Below are positions 42,346-55,100 of a stretch of DNA of 64,000 nucleotides, in pieces. This DNA comes from Nemertoderma westbladi (lineage: Eukaryota; Animalia; Xenacoelomorpha). Position 1 is the first letter of the stretch; every line of letters starts with the position of its first letter. The position numbers and the translations under genes are program-made. Below the pieces are notes generated by a model. The model saw only the letters and a program-made list of their open reading frames with translations, was not told the DNA's origin and made no database searches. Location: assembly GCA_032718475.1 (NCBI GenBank), contig JAUCBJ010009110.1, positions 1-64,000 of the forward strand, given 5' to 3'.

Positions 42346-43342
42346 GTGGCAGTGGCAGTGCTTTTTTTTAATCACTATTGATTTGCTACCCATATTGGTG
42401 GAGGGAGTTATACTAAATTACATTTAATTTTGTTGTTGATCAATTTATCTTATAATTGATAATGACTTGAATTAAATTTACATTCTTAAATTAAATTCTT
42501 AAACTAAATGTACAATATCTCAGGTCCTATCAAAATAATATTATGAGCGCAATTTTAAAAAATAGTTAATATTGGCAACACGCAAGTGTTTTGAAGATAT
42601 GCAGATAAGTTTGTGTTTAACGCAGGAATTCCTAGACGGACTATCCTTTTATCTAGTAAGTATTGTTGCTTCCCTAACACACTATTTCGTGCTCACTTTT
42701 CCAGGAATATTTAGTCAAGGAATATGGGGGAAAACTGAAAAAAAAACTTTTACTATAATTAATTTTCTTGGCATACAACCGTCGTGTCACACACTTTTGT
42801 TTACTTAATAATGGCCACAACAATAACACTGAATAAAAAGCCTTTGTCAAACCTATGGCTACGAGTTAAGAATTGTTGTGTGTCCTATTTTTTATACATT
42901 AATGTTATGATTAGAAATTGAGACAAGAAATCGTAGCCACCTGTCATCATATACTAGTGGTCATATGTTAGAAATAAAACGAAAAACAAATGTATAGATA
43001 ATGATACCTTTATTTTACTGAAATGGGTATAAGTTATTATTAATTTTATTTAGGTGTATTAGTATTTGTAAGTCAATAAATATGGCGTGTCCTGTTGTAC
43101 CCGGCTGACTCAATCGCTCCTTAGTTGCTATTGCGGCAAAGAACAAAACAACATTCCTGGAATGCAAAGTATCTGGTCGGCTCTGGATCAAATAACTTTA
43201 GAAAGGTTATTGACAGCTCAAACCACGGGAGGCCATTTCCCAAACCCGGTTTTCCAGACTTCATGGCGCACTAGTTGGCAGCACTTTCCTTTGTCGGTGT
43301 TTCAGGGATTTGAGTGAGTACTTCCAGGTTGAGAAGCAATGT

Positions 43343-43401
43343 GATTGGCTGGCATCCCGGGTAGCCAATGGTGTATTTCCTTTAAGGATCGCTATTGGCT
43401 A
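43343..43401. promoter_or_regulatory. Cluster of three CCAAT-box-like motifs (possible NF-Y promoter)
   Basis: GATTGGCT, AGCCAATG and TATTGGCTA within about 60 bp in a locally GC-richer stretch. Motif evidence only. Confidence 0.2.
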
Positions 43402-44032
43402 TTTAGTTTTAAGACTTAGCAATGACATAAAGGAATTACATTTACATTAACATTCAGTCTATTGCGTTTCAATAGCATTGTATTTATTGGGCTATTTTGT
43501 CTAATAATTGTTTAATTTTATTATTTTTGAATTTATTTTATTATTATATTTTCACCATTGATATTCCTCGATTATCTCCAGATTCAACTCGAAGTCAAAC
43601 GAAATGCAGAAGGTTAGTTATCGTTGCCATTGCAAGCTCTTGGTACATATGGTAGGCCTACAACTACAACTAACATACCATATGTCAGTATATTAGTAGA
43701 TCTAATTTAGGCGCAATTTGCGCGGCAAATTGGGTGGAAATTTTTAATGAACTTTAAATCAGCACATTATTATTGATCTAGGCTTACCGGGATTGTTAAG
43801 TTTTAGGCCTATAGCTTCTCTAGCATTTAGGCCTGCAATTAAATATAGTGACTGTAATATTAAATTAAGAACAATTTTTATTCATTTTATTCAATTTCGA
43901 ATTTAGATTCAATTTTTATTAGGCCTATGGTTTGTAAATATATTTTTTGAATATAAATGTACATTTATAGCAAAGTTTCCACTGTTAATTGATTGTGAGA
44001 GACATGGCTAGGTCTTATTGAGGGGGTTGGGT

Positions 44033-44440
44033 GCAACCTTCGCCCGCGTACAACATTCGCCCACGTCCAATCTTCACCCTAGTCCAACCTTCGCTCAGGG
44101 GAAAAACTTCGCCAGCAAAATCTTCGCCCGCGAGCAACGTTCGCCCATTAAGATTTGTGTTAGTAACCATTTCAGTTACCAATTGAGGGAAAGGAGCAGG
44201 TTACAAAGACGGTTTTTTCTAACCAAAACAATAAACGATGTTGTTACCAATTGATGGAAAGGAGCAGGACGCATAGGAGCATAGACGGCTTTTTCTAACC
44301 AGAACAATAAATTGTTTAGTGGGCGAATGTCGCTCTCGGGCGAAGGTTTCCGCCGGGAGATAGTTGCTCATTTTGAGAGGCGAAGATTGCTCCGGGCGAT
44401 AATTGGACGCGAACGAAGCTTTCTCGTGGGTGAAGTTTGC
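44033..44440. mobile_element. MITE-like non-autonomous element with about 120-bp imperfect TIRs made of TTCGCCC/GGGCGAA subrepeats
   Basis: The left arm 44033-44151 has about 7 TTC(G/A)C(C/T) motifs and the right arm 44316-44440 is its degenerate reverse complement. The core holds two 68-bp units. No TSD was identified and the superfamily is unknown. Confidence 0.65.
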
Positions 44441-45169
44441 TGCGTACTGGTGAGGTGTGCTTTTATATAATCAGCATGGGGCGCACCTACACCTATACAT
44501 TGTTACGCCGCGTACAAGCATAGGCATAAGCATATGGCGATAAGGACTTATAAATATTCCCAAGTTTTGCCATAGGCGATTAGGGATTAGCCAATAGAAT
44601 GCGAACGCCATATATATAATTATAAAATCAAACGTCAAAATCAAACCTATGATTACGTAATGGCACACTCTCTCCCATTTATCAGACAGTTTGCAAAATT
44701 ATGAGAGTTTTCAATGAAATCATTTTCAGAAGGTATAAGAAATGCAGTACGGGTATGTAGACTGGTGATAATATCGTAATAATTTTTATTGTCCGTTTAA
44801 ATCACTCATGATGTCCTTTTTTGACTTTTTATGTCCTCCAGAAATTTACCGTTAGGTTCCATGCTACCGGTTTTTCTACTGCTGTTCTCTTAGGCTATCA
44901 GTACCGGTAATAGTAAATAGAGCACTATTTTGCAGTACAGCAGTGTTGCTGTATTGTATGTAGGTATAAAGCCCAGAAGCCTATGCTTTAGAAATAATTA
45001 TACTGTCTGACTGTATTATACTACATTACAGCATTATATAGCATATGATAGGCCTAATTGCTGAATTGTGATAAAGGAATATGATAAAGGTAATTTATTA
45101 ATTACGGTAATTTCAGAATTTTAGAACCGGTACCGGTTATACATAGTTTATTGTTATGTTCATGACATA

Positions 45170-45782
45170 GTTTATTGTTTTGGTTAGAAAATCCCGCCTC
45201 TGTAACCTGCTCCTTTCCTGATTTGGTAAAGTGACCGTTTATTGTTTTGGTTAGAAAGGCCCGTCGCTGTAACCTGCTCCTTTCCTTCATTTGGTAAAGT
45301 GACTGTTTATTGTTTTGGTTAGAAAATCCCGCGTCTGTAACCTGCTCTTTTCCCTCAATTAGTTAAGTGATCGTTTATTGTTTTGGTTAGAAAATCCCGC
45401 CTCTGTAACCTGCTCTTTTCCCTCAATTAGTTAAGTGATCGTTTATTGTTTTGGTTAGAAAGTCCCGCCTCTACAACCTGCTCCTGTCCCTGATTTTGTA
45501 AAGTGATCGTTTATTGTTTTGGTTAGAAAAGCCCGCCTCTTTAACCTGCTCCTTTCCCTCAATTGGTAAAAAAGACCATCTGTGTAACCTACTCCTTTCC
45601 TTCATTTTGTAAAGTGATTGTTTATTGTTTTTGTTAGAAAAGCCCGCCTCTTCAACCTGCTCCTTTCTCTAATTTGTAAAAGTGACAGTTTATTGTTTTG
45701 GTTAGAAAGGCCAGCCTCTGTAACATGCTCCTTTCCTTCATTTGGTAAAGTGACTGTTTATTGTTTTGGTTAGAAAATCCGG
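45170..45782 (+). repeat. About 68-bp diverged minisatellite, about 9 copies
   Basis: GTTTATTGTTTTGGTTAGAAAA...TAACCTGCTCCTTTCC...GGTAAAGTGA recurs at 45170, 45237, 45305 and onward; it is the reverse complement of the units at 44176-44311. Confidence 0.93.
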
Positions 45783-46020
45783 CCACTCTAATTTTATTAA
45801 TTATTATTAATTATTATATACATTATATTAATAATTATTAATTATTTTGTATCCAGCCCAAAATTATTTTGGAACTATCACTGTTCCACAACTATTATCA
45901 AATGATAATAAAAATGTAAATAAATATAAATATAAATTATACGAAGCATTAATTGATTTGATTTAATTTATTCGCATTGCAAAAACTTAATCACTCACAC
46001 TCACTACCTTAATTTTACAG

Positions 46021-46098
46021 ATTTAAACAGACGTCGTTTATGGATTGATTTTACTTACGCGAACGCAAACATTCAATGTAGAATCTACAGTATATTTG
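46021..46098 (+). other. Possible 78-bp exon
   Basis: Acceptor TTTTACAG (46013-46020) and donor G|GTGAGT (GT at 46099). One frame is open in phase 1/1 (LNRRRLWIDFTYANANIQCRIYSIF). No homology recognised. Confidence 0.3.
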
Positions 46099-46159
46099 GT
46101 GAGTTTAAAATGACTATTTGTAATACTATTTTATTTTTATACAATCGATATTGCAATGT

Positions 46160-49100
46160 TAAAGAGTTAATAATATACTGAAACATAACTTTCAGTTCAA
46201 TTATTCTAGGTTAATTTCTGAAGGATTATGCAGAAGCGATAATTACAGTTTTATTCGCTAAAGGTTTTTATTTCCATATATTATCTCTAGAACATTGCAA
46301 TATTGTATTTGAGAATATTGAATGTAATTACATCATGAATTTTTAGCCAATTTTTTTAAGAATCGTGTTCTAATACTACGTATGCTATGCTTATTAATTT
46401 TTTTCTAACGATTAAGTATTTTTATGTCCCATCTTGCGTAACGGTTAAATCCATTGCCATGAATTCATATCCCTCTAGAGGTCGTAGGTTTTACCCCTGC
46501 AGGCTGGCAGGCGGCCACGATAGTTTTCGTTTTGGTATTCAAATGCTTTAAAAGGACTATCCAGATCGCATTTATGTTTTGTTCCCTAAATTGAGTACCA
46601 ATTATATCTGGGGAGTTTAGTTCTGGGGGGACTACACTGTAAATTTTCGGATTCTGGTAGAAATATTGTTGTCTTCATTAATCCGACTGATGCCAAACTT
46701 TGAGGTATTTTCTAAAATTCTATATCGGATCATAAATTTGTATCTTATATGTATCGGCAATAAAATGCTATTTAAGATTTTCTTTCTATCTTAATTTATA
46801 ATAAAAACATTCTACAAATGTAATTGGAATGGACGTATTGAATACAAATTTAGAGCGAAATAAATTAAATAATTTCACTTAAAATAATTTTCAACAGCAG
46901 AAATTTGCGAAAATACCCAGATAGGCATCAGAAGAATTATTGAAGACAAATATATTGCCTACTAAAACCACACTGGGTGTGAAATTCAATAATTATGTAT
47001 GTGGAGTGGTATTCAGTGGGCGTTATAGAGATGTTAGAACTCAGTAAATGAGTTTGGGGTGTGGTACTCAGTGGGCGTTATAGAGATGTTAGAACTCAGT
47101 AAATGAGTTTGGGGTTTGGTACTCAGTGGGCGTTATAGAGATGTTAGAACTCAGTAAATGAGTTTGGGGTGTGGTATTCAGTGGGCGTTATAGAGATGTT
47201 AGCACTCAGTAAATGAGTTTGGGGTGTGGTATTCAGTGGGCGTTATAGAGATGTTAGAACTCAGTAAATGAGTTTGGGGTGTGGTATTCAGTGGGCGTTA
47301 TAGAGATGTTAGAACTTACTAAATGAGTTTGGGGTGTGGTATTCAGTGGGCGTTATAGAGATGTTAGAACTCAGTAAATGAGTTTGGGGTGTGGTATTCA
47401 GTGGGCGTTATAGAGATGTTAGAACTCAGTAAATGAGTTTGGGGTGTGGTATTCAGTGGGCGTTATAGAGATGTTAGAACTCAGTAAATGAGTTTGGGAT
47501 GTGGTATTCAGTGGGCGTTATAGAGATGTTTGAACTCAGTAAATGAGTTTGGGGTGTGGTATTCAGTGGGCGTTATAGAGATGTTAGAACTCAGTAAATG
47601 AGTTTGGGGTGTGGTATTCAGTGGGCGTTATAGAGATGTTAGAACTCAGTAAATGAGTTTGGGGTGTGGTATTCAGTGGGCGTTATAGAGATGTTAGAAC
47701 TCAGTAAATGAGTTTGGGGTACGGTACTCAGTGGGCGTTATAGAGATGTTAGAACTCCGTAAATGAGTTTGGGGTGTGGTATTCAGTGGGCTTTATAGAG
47801 ATGTTAGAACTCAGTAAATGAGTTTGGGGTGTGGTATTCAGTGGGCGTTATAGAGTTGTTAGAACTCAGTAAATGAGTTTGGGGTGTGGTATTCAGTGGG
47901 CGTTATAGACATCTTAGAACTCAGTAAATGAGTTTGGGGTGTAGTATTCAGTGGGCGTTATAGAGATGTTAGAACTCAGTAAATGAGTTTGGGGTGTGGT
48001 ATTCAGTGGACGTTATAGAGATGTTAGAACTCAGTAAATGAGTTTGGGGTCTGGTATTCAGTGGGCGTTATAGACATCTTAGAACTCAGTAAATGAGTTT
48101 GGGGTGTAGTATTCAGTGGGCGTTATAGAGATGTTAGAACTCAGTAAATGAGTTTGGGGTGTGGTATTCAGTGGGCGTTATAGAGATGTTAGAACTCAGT
48201 AAATGAGTTTGGGGTGTGGTATTCAGTGGGCGTTATAGAGATGTTAGAACTCAGTAAATGAGTTTGGGGTGTGGTACTCAGTGGGCGTTATAGAGATGTT
48301 AGAACTCAGTAAATTAGTTTGTGGTGTGGTATTCAGTGGGCGTTATAGAGATGTTAGAACTCAGTAAATGAGTTTGGGGTGTGGTATTCAGTGGGCGTTA
48401 TAGAGATGTTAGAACTCACTAAATGAGTTTGGGGTGTGGTATTCAGTGGGCGTTATAGAGATGTTAGAACTCACTAAATAAGTTTGGGGTGTGGTATTCA
48501 GTGGGCGTTATAGAGATGTTAGCACTCAGTAAATGAGTTTGGGGTGTGGTATTCAGTGGGCGTTATAGAGATGTTAGAACTCAGTAAATGAGTTTGGGGT
48601 GTGGTATTCAGTGGGCGTTATAGAGATGTTAGAACTCACTAAATGAGTTTGGGGTGTGGTATTCAGTGGGCGTTATAGAGATGTTAGAACTCAGTAAATG
48701 AGTTTGGGGTGTGGTATTCAGTGGGCGTTATAGAGATGTTAGAACTCAGTAAATGAGTTTGGGGTGTGGTATTCAGTGGGCGTTATAGAGATGTTAGAAC
48801 TCAGTAAATGAGTTTGGGGTGTGGTATTCAGTGGGCGTTATAGAGATGTTAGAACTCAGTAAATGAGTTTGGGGTGTGGTATTCAGTGGGCGTTATAGAG
48901 ATGTTAGAACTCAGTAAACGAGTTTGGGGTACGGTACTCAGTGGGCGTTATAGAGATGTTAGAACTCCGTAAATGAGTTTGGGGTGTGGTATTCAGTGGG
49001 CGTTATAGAGATGTTAGAACTCAGTAAATGAGTTTGGGGTGTGGTATTCAGTGGGCGTTATAGAGATGTTAGAACTCAGTAAATGAGTTTGGGGTGTGGT

Positions 49101-52100
49101 ATTCAGTGGGCGTTATAGACATCTTAGAACTCAGTAAATGAGTTTGGGGTGTGGTATTCAGTGGGCGTTATAGAAATGTTAGAACTCAGTAAATGAGTTT
49201 GGGGTGTGGTATTCAGTGGGCGTTATAGAGATGTTAGAACTCAGTAAATGAATTTGGGGTGTGGTATTCAGTGGGCGTTATAGAGATGTTAGAACTCAGT
49301 AAATGAGTTTGGGGTGTGGTACTCAGTGGGCGTTATAGAGATGTTAGAACTCAGTAAATGAGTTTGTGGTGTGGTATTCAGTGGGCGTTATAGAGATGTT
49401 AGAACTCAGTAAATGAGTTTGGGGTGTGGTATTCAGTGGGCGTTATAGAGATGTTAAAACTCAGTAAATGAGTTTGGGGTGTGGTATTCAGTGGGCGTTA
49501 TAGAGATATTATAACTCAGTAAATGAGTTTGGGGTGTGGTATTCAGTGGACGTTATAGAGATGTTAGAACTCAGTAAATGAGTTTGGGGTGTGGTATTCA
49601 GTGGGCGTTATAGAGATATTATAACTCACTAAATGAGTTTGGGGTGTGGTATTCAGTAGGCGTTATAGAGATGTTAGAACTCAGTAAATGAGTTTGGGGT
49701 GTGGTATTCAGTGGGCGTTATAGAGATGTTAGAACTCAGTAAATGAGTTTGTGGTGTGGTATTCAGTAGGCGTTATAGAGATGTTAGAACTCAGTAAATG
49801 AGTTTGGGGTGTGGTATTCAGTGGGCGTTATAGAGATATTATAACTCACTAAATGAGTTTGGGGTGTGGTATTCAGTAGGCGTTATAGAGATGTTAGAAC
49901 TCAGTAAATGAGTTTGGGGTGTGGTATTCAGTGGGCGTTATAGAGATGTTAAAACTCAGTAAATGAGTTTGGGGTGTGGTATTCAGTGGGCGTTATAGAG
50001 ATGTTAGAACTCCGTAAATGAGTTTGGGGTGTGGTATTCAGTGGGCGTTATAGAGATGTTAGAACTCAGTAAATGAGTTTGGGATGTGGTATTCAGTGGA
50101 CGTTATAGAGATGTTAAAACTCAGTAAATGAGTTTGGGGTGTGGTATTCAGTGGGCGTTATAGAGATATTATAACTCACTAAATGAGTTTGGGGTGTGGT
50201 ATTCAGTAGGCGTTATAGAGATGTTAGAACTCAGTAAATGAGTTTGGGGTGTGGTATTCAGTGGGCGTTATAGAGATGTTAGAACTCAGTAAATGAGTTT
50301 GTGGTGTGGTATTCAGTAGGCGTTATAGAGATGTTAGAACTCAGTAAATGAGTTTGGGGTGTGGTATTCAGTGGGCGTTATAGAGATGTTAGAACTCACT
50401 AAATGAGTTTGGGGTGTGGTATTCAGTGGGCGTTATAGAGATGTTAGCACTCAGTAAATGAGTTTGGGGTGTGGTATTCAGTGGGCGTTATAGAGATGTT
50501 AGAACTCCGTAAATGAGTTTGGGGTGTGGTATTCAGTGGGCGTTATAGAGATGTTAGAACTCAGTAAATGAGTTTGGGATGTGGTATTCAGTGGACGTTA
50601 TAGAGATGTTAGAACTCAGTAAATGAGTTTGGGGTGTGGTATTCAGTGGGCGTTATAGAGATGTTAGAACTCCGTAAATGAGTTTGGGGTGTGGTATTCA
50701 GTGGGCGTTATAGAGATGTTAGCACTCAGTAAATGAGTTTGGGGTGTGGTATTCAGTGGGCGTTATAGAGATGTTAGAACTCCGTAAATGAGTTTGGGGT
50801 GTGGTATTCAGTGGGCGTTATAGAGATGTTAGAACTCAGTAAATGAGTTTGGGATGTGGTATTCAGTGGACGTTATAGAGATGTTAGAACTCAGTAAATG
50901 AGTTTGGGGTGTGGTATTCAGTGGGCGTTATAGAGATGTTAGAACTCAGTAAATGAGTTTGTGGTGTGGTATTCAGTAGGCGTTATAGAGATGTTAGAAC
51001 TCAGTAAATGAGTTTGGGGTGTGGTATTCAGTGGGCGTTATAGAGATGTTAGAACTCACTAAATGAGTTTGGGGTGTGGTATTCAGTGGGCGTTATAGAG
51101 ATGTTAGAACTCACTAAATGAGTTTGGGGTGTGGTATTCAGTGGGCGTTATAGAGATGTTAGCACTCAGTAAATGAGTTTGGGGTGTGGTATTCAGTGGG
51201 CGTTATAGAGATGTTAGAACTCCGTAAATGAGTTTGGGGTGTGGTATTCAGTGGGCGTTATAGAGATGTTAGAACTCAGTAAATGAGTTTGGGATGTGGT
51301 ATTCAGTGGACGTTATAGAGATGTTAGAACTCAGTAAATGAGTTTGGGGTGTGGTATTCAGTGGGCGTTATAGAGATGTTAGAACTCAGTAAATGAGTTT
51401 GGGGTGTGGTATTCAGTGGGCGTAGTAGAGATGTTAGAACTCAGTAAATGAGTTTGGGGTGTGGTATTCAGTGGGCGTTATAGAGATATTATAACTCACT
51501 ATATGAGTTTGGGGTGTGGTATTCAGTAGGCGTTATAGAGATGTTAGAACTCAGTAAATGAGTTTGGGGTGTGGTATTCAGTGGGCGTTATAGAGATGTT
51601 AGAACTCAGTAAATGAGTTTGTGGTGTGGTATTCAGTAGGCGTTATAGAGATGTTAGAACTCAGTAAATGAGTTTGGGGTGTGGTATTCAGTGGGCGTTA
51701 TAGAGATGTTAGAACTCAGTAAATGAGTTTGTGGTGTGGTATTCAGTAGGCGTTATAGAGATGTTAGAACTCAGTAAATGAGTTTGGGGTGTGGTATTCA
51801 GTGGGCGTTATAGAGATATTATAACTCACTAAATGAGTTTGGGGTGTGGTATTCAGTAGGCGTTATAGAGATGTTAGAACTCAGTAAATGAGTTTGGGGT
51901 GTGGTATTCAGTGGGCGTTATAGAGATGTTAAAACTCAGTAAATGAGTTTGGGGTGTGGTATTCAGTGGGCGTTATAGAGATGTTAGAACTCCGTAAATG
52001 AGTTTGGGATGTGGTATTCAGTGGACGTTATAGAGATGTTAAAACTCAGTAAATGAGTTTGGGGTGTGGTATTCAGTGGGCGTTATAGAGATATTATAAC

Positions 52101-55100
52101 TCACTAAATGAGTTTGGGGTGTGGTATTCAGTAGGCGTTATAGAGATGTTAGAACTCAGTAAATGAGTTTGGGGTGTGGTATTCAGTGGGCGTTATAGAG
52201 ATGTTAGAACTCAGTAAATGAGTTTGTGGTGTGGTATTCAGTAGGCGTTATAGAGATGTTAGAACTCAGTAAATGAGTTTGGGGTGTGGTATTCAGTGGG
52301 CGTTATAGAGATGTTAGAACTCACTAAATGAGTTTGGGGTGTGGTATTCAGTGGGCGTTATAGAGATGTTAGAACTCACTAAATGAGTTTGGGGTGTGGT
52401 ATTCAGTGGGCGTTATAGAGATGTTAGCACTCAGTAAATGAGTTTGGGGTGTGGTATTCAGTGGGCGTTATAGAGATGTTAGAACTCCGTAAATGAGTTT
52501 GGGGTGTGGTATTCAGTGGGCGTTATAGAGATGTTAGAACTCAGTAAATGAGTTTGGGATGTGGTATTCAGTGGACGTTATAGAGATGTTAGAACTCAGT
52601 AAATGAGTTTGGGGTGTGGTATTCAGTGGGCGTTATAGAGATGTTAGAACTCCGTAAATGAGTTTGGGGTGTGGTATTCAGTGGGCGTTATAGAGATGTT
52701 AGCACTCAGTAAATGAGTTTGGGGTGTGGTATTCAGTGGGCGTTATAGAGATGTTAGAACTCCGTAAATGAGTTTGGGGTGTGGTATTCAGTGGGCGTTA
52801 TAGAGATGTTAGAACTCAGTAAATGAGTTTGGGATGTGGTATTCAGTGGACGTTATAGAGATGTTAGAACTCAGTAAATGAGTTTGGGGTGTGGTATTCA
52901 GTGGGCGTTATAGAGATGTTAGAACTCAGTAAATGAGTTTGTGGTGTGGTATTCAGTAGGCGTTATAGAGATGTTAGAACTCAGTAAATGAGTTTGGGGT
53001 GTGGTATTTAGTGGGCGTTATAGAGATGTTAGAACTCACTAAATGAGTTTGGGGTGTGGTATTCAGTGGGCGTTATAGAGATGTTAGAACTCACTAAATG
53101 AGTTTGGGGTGTGGTATTCAGTGGGCGTTATAGAGATGTTAGCACTCAGTAAATGAGTTTGGGGTGTGGTATTCAGTGGGCGTTATAGAGATGTTAGAAC
53201 TCCGTAAATGAGTTTGGGGTGTGGTATTCAGTGGGCGTTATAGAGATGTTAGAACTCAGTAAATGAGTTTGGGATGTGGTATTCAGTGGACGTTATAGAG
53301 ATGTTAGAACTCAGTAAATGAGTTTGGGGTGTGGTATTCAGTGGGCGTTATAGAGATGTTAGAACTCAGTAAATGAGTTTGGGGTGTGGTATTCAGTGGG
53401 CGTAGTAGAGATGTTAGAACTCAGTAAATGAGTTTGGGGTACGGTACTCAGTGGGCGTTATAGAGATGTTAGAACTCACTAAATGAGTTTGGGGTGTGGT
53501 ACTCAGTGGACGTTATAGAGATGTTAGAACTCAGTAAATTAGTTTGGGGTACGATACTCAGTGGGCGTTATAGAGATGTTAGAACTCAGTAAATGAGTTT
53601 GGGGTGTGGTATTCAGTGGGCGTTATAGAGATGTTAGAACTCACTAAATGAGTTTGGGGTGTGGTATTCAGTGGGCGTTATAGAGATGTTAGAACTCAGT
53701 AAATGAGTTTGGGGTGTGGTATTCAGTGGGTGTTATAGAGATGTTAGAACTCAGTAAATGAGTTTGGGGTGTGGTATTCAGTGGGCGTTATAGAGATGTT
53801 AGAACTCAGTAAATGAGTTTGGGGTGTGGTATTCAGTGGGCGTTATAGAGATGTTAGAACTCAGTAAATGAGTTTGGGGTGTGGTACTCAGTGGGCGTTA
53901 TAGAGATGTTAGAACTCAGTAAATGAGTTTGTGGTGTGGTATTCAGTGGGCGTTATAGAGATGTTAGAACTCAGTAAATGAGTTTGGGGTGTGGTATTCA
54001 GTGGGCGTTATAGAGATGTTAGAACTCAGTAAATGAGTTTGGGGTGTGGTATTCAGTGGGCGTTATAGAGATATTATAACTCAGTAAATGAGTTTGGGGT
54101 GTGGTATTCAGTGGACGTTATAGAGATGTTAGAACTCAGTAAATGAGTTTGGGGTGTGGTATTCAGTGGGCGTTATAGAGATGTTAGAACTCAGTAAATG
54201 AGTTTGGGGTGTGGTATTCAGTGGGCGTTATAGAGATGTTAGAACTCAGTAAATGAGTTTGGGGTGTGGTATTCAGTGGGCGTTATAGAGATGTTAGAAC
54301 TCAGTAAATGAGTTTGGGGTGTGGTATTCAGTGGGCGTTATAGAGATGTTAGAACTCAGTAAACGAGTTTGGGGTACGGTACTCAGTGGGCGTTATAGAG
54401 ATGTTAGAACTCCGTAAATGAGTTTGGGGTGTGGTATTCAGTGGGCGTTATAGAGATGTTAGAACTCAGTAAATGAGTTTGGGGTGTGGTATTCAGTGGG
54501 CGTTATAGAGATGTTAGAACTCAGTAAATGAGTTTGGGGTGTGGTATTCAGTGGGCGTTATAGACATCTTAGAACTCAGTAAATGAGTTTGGGGTGTGGT
54601 ATTCAGTGGGCGTTATAGAGATGTTAGAACTCAGTAAATGAGTTTGGGGTGTGGTATTCAGTGGGCGTTATAGAGATGTTAGAACTCAGTAAATGAGTTT
54701 GGGGTGTGGTATTCAGTGGGCGTTATAGAGATGTTAGAACTCAGTAAATGAGTTTGGGGTGTGGTACTCAGTGGGCGTTATAGAGATGTTAGAACTCAGT
54801 AAATGAGTTTGTGGTGTGGTATTCAGTGGGCGTTATAGAGATGTTAGAACTCAGTAAATGAGTTTGGGGTGTGGTATTCAGTGGGCGTTATAGAGATGTT
54901 AGAACTCAGTAAATGAGTTTGGGGTGTGGTATTCAGTGGGCGTTATAGAGATATTATAACTCAGTAAATGAGTTTGGGGTGTGGTATTCAGTGGACGTTA
55001 TAGAGATGTTAGAACTCAGTAAATGAGTTTGGGGTGTGGTATTCAGTGGGCGTTATAGAGATGTTAGAACTCAGTAAATGAGTTTGTGGTGTGGTATTCA

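Noticed and set aside
43582-43612. 31-bp micro-exon (CAG|...AAG|GTTAGT)
   Set aside because: Its exit phase is incompatible with the next candidate exon and it has no other support.
46470-46520. GC-rich palindromes (CCTCTAGAGG, CCTGCAGG) as a Helitron terminal hairpin
   Set aside because: Too short, and no supportable terminal motif or target site lies next to them.
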